From: Botryllus schlosseri
Taxonomy: Eukaryota
DNA: 64,000 nucleotides
Direction: 5' to 3'
NCBI GenBank assembly: GCA_051294905.1
Contig: CM119377.1
Coordinates: forward strand, 8,866,001-8,930,000
Below the pieces are notes generated by a model that was given only the letters and a program-made list of their open reading frames with translations, was not told the origin of the DNA and searched no databases. Both the position numbers and the translations under genes were made by a program. How positions within the stretch are numbered: the first letter of the stretch is position 1; each line of letters starts with the position of its first letter. Shown here one piece after another: positions 39,201 through 51,200 of this stretch.

Positions 39201-42200
39201 ACGTGTTTGCTGACTTGATCATGCTGTATCACGCTATAGTGATGCGTACTAACGCATGTGTGTTCATTTTGGGTGTGGTCCGAATAGACATCGCTGGCAC
39301 CCAGGTAGGCGTAAAAGTAACAGCGTAAATTCCTACTCAAATACAAGTAGAAGTAGCGATGTCCGAATGTGTAGAAAAGTCAGTATTCTGGCCTAGGTTT
39401 GCCTAAACAACTGAAAACCATGAAGTCGAAATATAAATATCCTAAAATCATAACCCCTTGAGTAAGTATTGCAAAAAACCTACTTCAGTACTCCGAAAAA
39501 AAAAAGTTACCTCGTCACTCGTCAGATTTTACTGTGGCTGTAATTGTGTTTTAAAGTGTATTTATCCGTATCGGATGAAATTTTGAATGATACAATTTAA
39601 CTGCCAGGACATATATCCACGGTATAGCATCAGTGACCGATTGTTTGCCTACATCTTGAATACATTTTTCCGTTTGACTGGCTGATATTAAAAACGCTTC
39701 TCGATTCACCGATATTATGTCACGAATGATGTTAGCGGATTCGTGGCTGACAACCCCTAATGAACGGCGTGGGGAAAACTACGCGACCAAAGATACGCAT
39801 TCCACACGTCTTAACTTAAGCCACGCGCCACGATTCTGATATTGTTTATGTTCATTTGTTTTCGTGTACATAAATGTAACAAAAAGATTCATACCTGCGT
39901 CTGATAGCTTGGACTTTAGGGCAATTACTCCTATCATTCCCAACTCGACTACGCTGCCTGTTCCAGGATGTCTAAGAAAACACGATACTTGCGAGTGTTC
40001 ACTGAAATATCCGCCGATGCTCAGATACGATGTCGCTTCTGCCCTCTCGACCACTATTACGGCCGGTGTCACGTGACTTATGTAGAAAAAACTTCCGCAA
40101 CCTGGTCAAAAACATAGTGCTTTTACCAGATCTGAATACGGAAATATTTGAGGCGACTCTTGGAGGTGCTGAAATTCAATGTACAGTTGGATATCACATT
40201 GAAATAAACCCGAATATTTTCGGCGACACTCGTCAGGGGTAATCGCCAGGACGCCAGGAAGTAGTAAATAATTAAGAATAACGCTGTGTATCAACAATCG
40301 TGTCACCAGATATGTCATTACCGGCATGAAAATTCGAATAATCGAGGAGAACAGATGGTTTAAGCTCAATGAACTATTTTTAGATTATACTATAGCCATA
40401 GCGTGTTCACGGTCATTATACGCGAACTCCTTCCGTTGGGACTAACTGGGTATTTTGTTAAAATCGACTCGATTCTTATTCTTTCATTTGTGTGCCTTGG
40501 ATTCAACTTTTATCAAAATACGACAACCTAGTTCGTGCCAACAGATGTTCGTGTATATCTTAAAACAACACATTGAACCGATTGCCGATTGCCGCGAATA
40601 TTCGAATTTCCATGTCAGTGACGTCATATTTGGTAATACAGTGTAATACAATGTTATTTTCAATCCGCTATCAGTTTCTGACGACTACTAATGAGTGTCA
40701 GCCGAATATATTCGATTATATATCAATCAATACGAATATAGTAGTAAATTCTGAATACCGCAGTAGCTTGTTGCCAGACTGACCCTTGTTATACGTTGGG
40801 TTATCCTTCCTTTTACAGTTATCGCATCTGTCTAGGGTGGTTCCGCTATGTGGTACGCCGTCGCAGCCGGCACAAGACGAGTTATCCCCTCCGCATTTAC
40901 CGCAAGCATCGCGGATTTCGGCGCCTTCCGGGAGATGCAACAGTGTACCGTCCCGGGTCCGGCATGCCCCGCATCTTTAACATAACATAAATAGAATTTA
41001 AGTCCCAGTGCATTATTATTATTATCATTATTATTACAAATATGAGTGGTGCTTTTCGCCATTTATGGCCTTGTGCGCCGCGGTCGTCAGGAAATTCAAA
41101 TCAAGCAGTAACTTAATGAACTTCTTACAACTTATCACGAACTCAGCGACGGCGGTGGACAATTGCGACGACGAGAGTAGGTTGCGTATGGTGAACGGTA
41201 TATGTAACTGATTGCAATAGGTTATTAAAAATGATCGATGAAAGTCGTATTTAATGCATGATATTAAAAAGTGTTCGACTGTTTCGATGAGATCGCATTC
41301 TTCGCACATCGGAGAGTCCGAGCAGCCGATTCTGAATAAATGGGATGCTACTCCACAGTGTCCTGAGTCCTGACCGTAGTCGAAATATCAGGCATTATAT
41401 TATTCTACAGTACGTCGCTGGGGATTATATGTTAGCGTATCCATATTGCATAGGTGACTCTATATGCAACGACGTTTATTTGTTTCCTACTCAAACGGCC
41501 TAGTCAACCATACGTGGAAATTAGGCTATATGAGGCTTGGCTGGCAGAGAAACTTGCCAACTCAGTCGAACCCCGAACTTGCTTTTAATCAGGATTCATA
41601 CCTACTCAGGCCTACGGCCATGACACCACAAGGACAATAGCGCCAGTTAGCTTTATGGGTCGTGTACAAAACGACCAATTACGCATGTTACACTATAGAC
41701 ATGTATACTGTATAGGGATCCAGTCGTATTTGACTGCAGAAAATGCCATTTGTCGACATATCCAACGAGAATATTGCGATGGACATTTTAAAGGTGAATT
41801 CTTACCAGATTTAATGGAGAATCCAAAAACATTGACCACTTATTTGATATGAGCTAATTGCTGCAGCTCTAAACCTATGGCGTAATAGTAAGTATATATG
41901 AGTAAATCAAATGTAAACTTACTTATCAATGCTGGCAGTCCCGAAACACTCCCCAGCGCAATCACGCACATCAGCCTTCTTCCCGTATCTAAAGGCGGTC
42001 AGAATTGTTCCTATTCAGTTCATCCCGGCAAAATGTTCCTCCCTTACCTTCTTTGGCAGAAATCGCATTCGTCGATGTAGCTGGTGTTGTCGCAATTATT
42101 TGCACAGTCGAGCACCGATTTCTTACCAGTGTTGCCACCCACGCACCTACGGCATTTGTCGAGATATGCCGCTAGAAATATCGTGCGCATTTTTAGATTT

Positions 42201-45200
42201 TACGGAATTCAAACTAAACCGGCAGGGGAACGGGGGAGATTTATTGATGCAGCCGATTCGTGATTTTCTGAAGCCACGGGGATCGCGAAGTCAGTGCCCT
42301 AATCAAAATTCTTGTTACGAACATTTGGCTGCATTCTTAGGAAAGATACGGTTGCTCTGGAATTATTCCTGTTTGAACACGCCTATGGCATTGCACCAGA
42401 TTTTATTTGGAAAGGCACAAGTTATTATGGGACCATCCTTGAAATTTAAGGGTCCAACTGCGGCCATCGAGCACTCATTACAACCAGGAAAACTATGTGA
42501 TTAAATTCATTTTTATTTCAAGCATGCGAATCATTTACACTGCTACTATGCACTGCTAAACTGATTGGACTCACTGCCGTTAACAACGCCTTTGCAGTCG
42601 ACGCATGTATCGCCATTCCCTCCGCAAACACCGCATTTATCCAATTGCGTTCTCGTGGAAGACGGCCTGTTATCGCATCCAAGCCTCTCAATCACGAATT
42701 TGAACTTTTCGGGAGTCAGAATTGTTGCGAAATCAAGGACGTCCTTTGCGAAAGAAGAGTGTAAAGTGTATCATACTTTCAATCATACCATACTACCATA
42801 CTATTATTTCTACTCGTCTAAATCAAGAATGTACAAATGCATCAAGTTCTCAGATATATCAAAAAGAGTGTCGTGGATTGTGACAGTCGGGAACTACATA
42901 AGACAATGATACATGTTGAAAGTAACCATAATGGTAACAGGTAAAATTCAACGATGAGTTGCAACACTGAAAATGAGCGGTTAAGGCCGGGAGATCCGAT
43001 ATGACAAAATCTGTAAGCTGGGAGATATTCAATGAAGTGTATTTGTCTACAACAAATGGTAGGCTTTGGTGAATTATCCGCTACATTACTAACGATAAAA
43101 CATTGTTGACTTGAACGCACACAATCTGTAGGCTGAATATGCGTTTCCCAACAGGGTATCTCTCAATTCTTACCGTGTCGTGGCAAAATTCATTGTGAAA
43201 GTAGAAACCAACTGCGGTGGCGTATCCCATAGTAAGCAGCTCCCGCTCAATATTCTCAGTCTCCGTCACGTTCTTGACAATTCTATATAGGGACAAGGAT
43301 ATCGCGCTTTCCATCCACGCTTCAGCAACCTTCCAAAAAGTGTTCTGCGCGCGAGGTTGGAACCTCACTCGCGTATTCAAGGCGAGAAGTGTGACGTATT
43401 CCAGTCGACATGTTAGATTTGCTGTGAAATAAAGTGTATTCAGACGTGATGCAGAGCGACGATGTAATATCCGTGCCCGTGTCGATGATGGGCAGGAAAT
43501 GAAATCAACATGATATATCAACAGTCTTCGGTTGCACGCGAAGCAATGCTCCCGTCATACCCGGAAATCGCTAAAATTTGCGAATTCGCATCGTGTCTTT
43601 TTTGGCGATTTTAATGCTGACGCACATCGAATTGCAGTTCTGTACGTACAGGGTGTGGTACACGCGTCTCGCACGCAATACGCAACATACAGTGAATATG
43701 AAAATAGTTCTATACGAGGTCAAAGTAGTCATCGTTGATCCTCAATTTAAATTTTCACTTAATCACAAGCAGTGACACCGATTTACAAGACATGTCCACC
43801 TAATTCGAGTGGAAGAAAAAACGAAAGGTCTGACTAATTACTCAAGTAATCTGCTTGTAAAAGTAGATTGACCGAGGTTTCGCATACTTTTGGAGGTTAA
43901 TCCGGGGTGGCTACTATCGAAAGATGCATCTTCGAGACTATAACGCAACATAACTCTGACGCTACACGCCTATAGGCACAATATTCGAAGATATATTCGG
44001 TAGTTGGTGGATGGCTATTCCCAGAGTTTTTTACGAGGAATTCAGACAAAATGGTGACGTAAACCTATCTCTGCAGTACATTCTACCTTTCAAAATGCAA
44101 AATGTAAGAAGTCAGTTGCTTTACTTACAAAACTGTTTAACTGTAGGAGTTAAATTAGTCAAAAATTATAAGCATCTGAGTAAGCAGCGCAAAACCTACT
44201 TGGGTATACTTTGAAAAAGTGGAAGTAATTCTTTACACACCATTTCTGTATAGTTTTATGAAAAGTGTTTACACAGTGGGTGATTATCAGGCGCATTACT
44301 GTACCACAAACTTCGAGTCAGGCAGCAACAGGCGTCAACTGTAAGTGCGAATATGAGTATATCATTCTATCTTTCAATTCTTAGAGGTCGCTATCTTGCG
44401 TAACGCACGTAATTCGATGTTGTTACCGAAATCAACGGTATACATTACATAGCTATATGCAGCTATATTCCGGTGGCCTGAATGGGCGACAAAATACGTA
44501 TGAATCACACTCCTAAATACCTTGATTGTTTATATGTCCTTCGACCTCCTGTTTCGAGTTCTTGTAATTTACCATACTGATCCAATCCGTGCAATTATTG
44601 CAACGAGTTTCCCAGGTACCTAAGAACGAATATAGTATAGTAAATGTCCTTATTGTTATAAAGATGGGACTACATCGGAAAATATGGTGTAATATCGCAA
44701 CAATCTACGCTCTATCCAGCCTATAACATCTGCTCTGTTGGTGGAAATATTCTGACCCATCACGGTCGAATCGGCAGTTTTATGGTACTTATAAAGGCAA
44801 CAATTACCCAATGCTGTCCATGGAAAGTCCTCAACTGCCACTCCTATTTGATATTTCGAGCTTTGAGTTGTGGCCAGTAGTTTCTTGACTATTTCTGAAA
44901 CCTTGAATCCAGTATTTTCCGTGATTTGGAACGGAATCGGGGGCAGCTTGAGGTCTTGCGTCTTCAAAATCTGCAGGACTGAAGGCGGGGAATACACCTG
45001 AAAAGTTAAGTGGAAGAGTCCGATGACTATTATTAAAGTAGTGTCGGATGCATCTAGGGTTGCATTTAAAACAAAAATCAATTTAATACAAACATGTTTA
45101 AAACAAGGCCATTGTTTAAAACATGTTTTTTATTGTTTTTTTTAAAAGTCATGATGTTACGAATATTCAATTGTGACGTCATAGTGGATTGACATTGACA

Positions 45201-48200
45201 ATTGAAAATATAGGGTAAATATAGCTCCTTTGCCGAAATATCTGTACTATTGCTGTTGAACCAACTATTTTGAGGGTTCCAACCATCCCATATCGATATA
45301 CGTCGGCAATTTTTTTAAAAAGGCCCTTTGTTTAGAACACTGTTTAAAACATGTTTTAAATAAGGAGTTTTAAAACACGTTTGTTTTAAATGCAACCCTA
45401 GATGCAACGGTATAATTCAGTTCTGACAATAATCATACATTTTCATTTACGATCTACTTGTTATAGAAAATTAATGAAGCAGAGGTTCATCTGAGGTGTA
45501 TAAGGTGTGTAACACCTGCATTTTGTATAGAGATCCATAACTAGTGCCGTAACTTGGGAACATCATATGGGCGATGGTGATCAGCAATTAAATATATATT
45601 GAGGTTCAGCATTACTTATCACAAAAATGGCATCATATTATTCAAGCTCTACCAATGAGAAAGCCAAAGGTCTGATCAATGAAAGTGTATTATATGACAC
45701 TCAAAATAATATGATTTATCAGTAAAGAGACTGTAAATTTCGTAGAGTCGTGAATAAAAACGACGCCCTCAAATTTCGTGATCAACTATTTGGTTAACTC
45801 GTTTCAATATTCATTAACGGAGACGACGAGCAAATGAGTGACTAATAAAATCACGGAGACAGCAGCTTCGACTCTTGCCAATTCAAATAGCCCACACACA
45901 GCTATACACAATCCCCGCAAAATAGCACCAGAGCATTCTTTTCATCATCGGCTTTTAAATAGTATATTGATATTGAAATGAACCCGAAGATTTTCGGCTG
46001 ACAGTCGTCAGGAGGAATCTTCAGCAACTACTAGAGAATTGGGGACATAGCATATCAACAATCGCGTCACAAAATACCACGTCCCCATCAGCTATGTTTA
46101 AAAAAGTTATATATCATAGTATAACGGATTGGTAATTTACTTACTTCAAGCACTATTTGTACTGTACCGCCCGAGTCCAACGAAATGTTGAATTTGAAGA
46201 TTTTATCACTGCTGTTGAGCCTGACTCCAAAGCGAATCTGAGCGGTGGGAAGAAACGGAAAGCGGACATCGGGCTGAACTTTTTCCCAACGATCGCTTGA
46301 GTTTCGCTGTAATATTCGGCAACGTTGAATCATGCATTTCTAATGTTGAAGCACGTGATATGTTCTTCGTATATTTTCGAGATTTAATTGTGTAAATCGC
46401 TACCGGTAAACAGCTCTCGGTGACAGCAAGTCGACCACACTGTGGAAGATCCCATTAATAGGAAGCCTACTGAGAGGAAGAAATATGTTATTTCTTCAAA
46501 AACTCCTACTCCCCCACGAAGACTAAATTCACTGCTGAACTCATCACTGTGACTGACTGAAAATCCTCTGCGGAATAAAAAGGGTCATAAATTTAATCGG
46601 ACACGAAAATGCTATTAGTGTGTAACTTTGAACAGTAATCTTAGTACTTCAGTAACGATGTAGATTTATTTTATGCTGTGGCTAAATAGAATTTTGCGCG
46701 ATTTATTTTCAATCCAGTGAACTGCTCCTATGAATTAATAATATTAAAGAAAACTAAATTGAAAAAATGATGATTTCATTCGATTCTGCGCATTCTGGGT
46801 AGGGGTCAAGCTTCCAGCTTTAAAATATAGGTGTTGATTTGCAGCACGATCTCCCAATAACATAATTAAGTACGATTCAACCCGGAACTTCATGCTTTTG
46901 CGTCACAAATCAGCTAATACAGTACTATCGTCATAACATCGCAGCATGACAAAACTCCCTGCTTATACTCTCAAAACAAGGCCGCTGATCTAAGTTTAGA
47001 ATGTACGGCGCATGAGTTGAGTGCATCATCCTGGTTCATCACCTTAGGATAATAAAAATGGTATTACCCGAATCTGGCCAATCAATGTAGTTCCTATTTT
47101 ATGCTTACTCGATAACCAATGTCGACTTCGCGTATGACGTTCGCACTCAAGCCATGTACAAAAAAGTTCGGCATTTGTATTTTGTTTAGGATTCTCTGGA
47201 ACACTTTTTGTGCGAACACGCTCTTCCCATGAAATTCAGAGAAATACCGCCCTGAAATAGATGTATGAGAGTCGGTAACTGAAAGTAGATGCCCGGGTGC
47301 AATTATTAATTAAAAGTTCGATTAATTTCAGAATGTAATATTGAAACGATTCGTATTTTAGCCGAAAGGCGATCCAGGCGTATTGATAGTCTCCACCTCA
47401 GGAAATAGCGTACCGTTTCTTGTGCTCATGGTGGTGGGCAATTTCTTTGATTCATGGCCGCATGAATATCCGCGATAAATGTAAATTTATTCGCATATAT
47501 AGTTGTAAACTTTTGATCTTCTCTAACGCCGAATACCGCCTGCCATGACACAACGTCGTCCGCAATTGTATCATATTTTCGTCGATATACAAATCTATTG
47601 AGCGGTACCTTGCAATGTCATTAATCAGGCACTTGATCGGTTAGGTACGAATATCTAATTTCAAAATAACATAACATAACGTATCATACCTAAATTATCC
47701 CACGGAATGATGGCTTTTGTGAGCTCCGAAACGGTTATAATTGTTTCTTTCTCTGCAGCAATCTTGACGTCGCGTATTGTGGGTAAACTTGCACCGCCTG
47801 TCGGGCTATTGACGATTTCATCCGATATCGACGTAAATATAAGGTTTCTCGCTGAAATATACTTTTCTTATAAGTGGTGGTCTAAATAATCAGCACTGCT
47901 ACTCAAGTCGAAAAAGAAGAAAGGCTGTAAATTTCTACTCGATTGCAAGTAGAAGTGATGATTTCGGAGTCATGACAAAACGACTCTAAGTAGAGGTAGA
48001 AAGTGAAGATCTACCAAGGACTGAAGTAGCATTTTCAGGAGTTTCGCCACTTTACAAATTTCAGGGTTCATCTTCGCGACTTGATGACCAACTGAACTAT
48101 AGATCGACTCACTTTTTAAAAATTCTCATGGCTCCCATGACAATTTCATTCACAAAATGTTATAAACACATCCTAAAACTCATTTTTACTTCACACAGAA

Positions 48201-51200
48201 TCCAAAACGTAAAAGGTGATCAACAATATTGCCTGTAAAACTGTTAAGCAGAAGTGGAAGTAGTCAACTGATATAACCTAATCTATCACTATAATCTATC
48301 ACTGGAGTAGCATACGGTGGTTAGTACTCAGCAAGGAATATATCCGTGTCAGTCACCTTTTCGTATCCCTTCCGATTTCGGGTAATAGGCAATGACCCCA
48401 ATTTCGATTCCACCATTTGCAACTGTAGGCAAAAGCTTGAGTAGGGCTTCAGGGCTAAATGTATCTGTAAGATGGACAGAAATAATTCGATGCGTTTGAA
48501 TAGCACTCATGCATTCAAATTTCGTGAACGAGATCCGTATAGGCGTTCAAAATATTTAATTTACATTATGAATGTCTCGCGAAGTATATAATATTCAGCA
48601 AATATTAGCCTATTTCTAGGAAGTCCTTAGTTATGTAACCGTAGGTAACTTTACTTTACACTTTACTTACAACATATACCACCCTTCACCCAATCAACAC
48701 TCGCAAACATTTGTGGAGTCTCTAGAGATTGGGTGAATGCATGAAAAAGCAGTTCCCAAAATGTTGAACGAAAACATCTGCGTTGGATTGTAGGATACTT
48801 GCAGGACAGTGTTAGTTTTTTGCGAAAGCAGCATCATACTCATGTAATGATGATGTTGATAATCAGTGCTTTATCAAAAGATAAAGAGGTTTGCCTTAAA
48901 CCGGAACTCTGCTGTTCATGGCGTTGCTCTGAATATTGTGCATGGTTCTGTTTTCATCCAGATATCTCTGCGAGTTTGACTTCTCTGAGTTTCTTGAACC
49001 AATTCTTAACTATGAATGACTCGACATCGTTAAATACAACATTAGCTGGGCACATACTGTTGAACAATATACATTCAACAGCTCGTATCCAATAAACTTC
49101 GGCAACTGCTTATTAAATAAATGAAACTTGGATATTCCGCTAATAACACTTTGCTTTTCATCACCACCATAATGTAAGTTACGAGGGGTAAATTTCGTTT
49201 ACACTTTAGCAGAAGGACTGAATTATGAGCAAAAGTGGTCACGAAAAAATATCTTGGAGTGATATTCAGCTGTTGCATTTTGAATAGTTGTCTGAAGGTA
49301 TGTTCATCTGAATATATGAATGCTTAACTCTGGTAGTAACAACACATCAAAATATCTAATCCCGTGTGTAGAAAATTCCGAGTCCAATTGTACTCAAAGC
49401 GATGAATATTATATGTACGTACAAGCCTACATAAAATATTCATGAGCGATAATATATCATTTGTTGCTTCCTATGGACAAAGGTGCAAGGTGTAAGTGAC
49501 GCAATCAGGAAAAACAGAAATAGAAATGTTTGACGTTCGCACACATCGTATCAATTTCATTAGCGATTATTGAAGCTCTAGAACACTCTTTACTATTCAG
49601 CTTTGGCGACCTATGTTTTCAACCAGCACACTTGAAACGTGAAGTGGTCGTTTCACGCCTTACTGACTTCGATGTTCGGCATTACCGGATTATTTGAGAT
49701 ACTATGTATGTTGATTATTATTTACCTTACTTTCCTTCTGAAATCGAATTCCGATTGAAAAGTAACTGATAACCACACGTTTCAAAGCTGAGAACATTCA
49801 ATAACACGTGACGCATCAATATCATTATTGTGATGCGCTTTCTTCAAATGAGGTACCATACGTGACCTAGCTATATATACAATATGCATATGTGCGTGCA
49901 CCTGCGCATCAATGCATAACAACGATCTTACCTGGTGATCTCAGACATCGCCACCCTTCTTCTTCAATTTCTCCGCAATGGTTGTAACCATCCACTTCCA
50001 GGTAGCCCATGGTTTCCGCCACCGAAACATCGTCGCTAAGCTGCCGTTTTCGCCTAGACGACTCCGACACATCGTCCTTCACAATCCACCTTCCTTCTCT
50101 AATTCTCGCTTCCCAAATCTCAACCTCCTCGCCACCGATAAATGTTTCTTTCACTGCAATTTCGCCTTTTTGGTCGGTCACGACGTATTGCTCAGGAACT
50201 CCATCGCCCGGTTGGAATGGTATATCTACCTCCTCTACCAAAGTTGCGTTTTTCTGAACCACGATAGCCGGGTTTTGAAATATATAGTCGTAATCAAAGT
50301 CTGCGGGTGTGTTGATTAACAAAAAGCCGTAGTATAATTTTCCGGCGTCCAACTGTGCGTTGTAGAATCCAGGAGATAGTTTCATAGAAACGGGAAAGTT
50401 TGAAGGTTTAGCTGAAATTTGCGAGGCGTCACCAGCCGTTAAAAGTCCTTTCATCTGCTGAGGATAGCATTTATTCGCTGTGTCCACTTTGTAAGTCGAG
50501 GTGTCGATAAAAGACGGGACGATGCTGTCGATGGTTGAGGAAACCATGTATGCAAACTCCGAGCTGTGGAATAGACTTGTTTCTAATGCTTTGAAGGTGT
50601 ACTTTAGGTATTCTAACGGTGATTCTCTCGTTAGGAATGGCTTGAAAATGTCCCCGACGCATGATTTTATTTGCTGTGTGTAGACGGAATGAGACTCGAA
50701 ACTTGAGGCATTGCTTTTCAAATGTCTCAGACATGATTCATTGTTTGTAGAATTTAGCCTGGGAAAGTGTCGGACTATCTTTGTCAAGTTTTCGTGAAGC
50801 GTCGTCATATTTCCATCCATAAATTCACTAAATTTCAAACCTGTTTTCCTCACCAGGTTTGCGAGATATTCGGTGGTGCCGCTGCCCTGCACAGTGAGAT
50901 TTGATTTCTTCAAAAATTCACGGAATTCCGTCACCGTTTCAGTCAGATTTCCTTCCAGTATTTCAGAAATGTTGCTTGATAAATTTTTCGCTTCAACGAC
51001 ATCTGCGAAAGACATTTCCTCGGTTTTCAGCAAGGTGCGTTTTTTCGCAACCCTGCACAGCAGCTTCAGCTGATTATGCCGGGGAGCAATATCATGAATG
51101 TAATGAAGCAGATTTTCAATATCGAATAAATGATTTAAATTCCATGTTAGAAAATCAATATCAGAGTTGGTGATAATGTCTGTAATCTCTTCTGCAGCAT

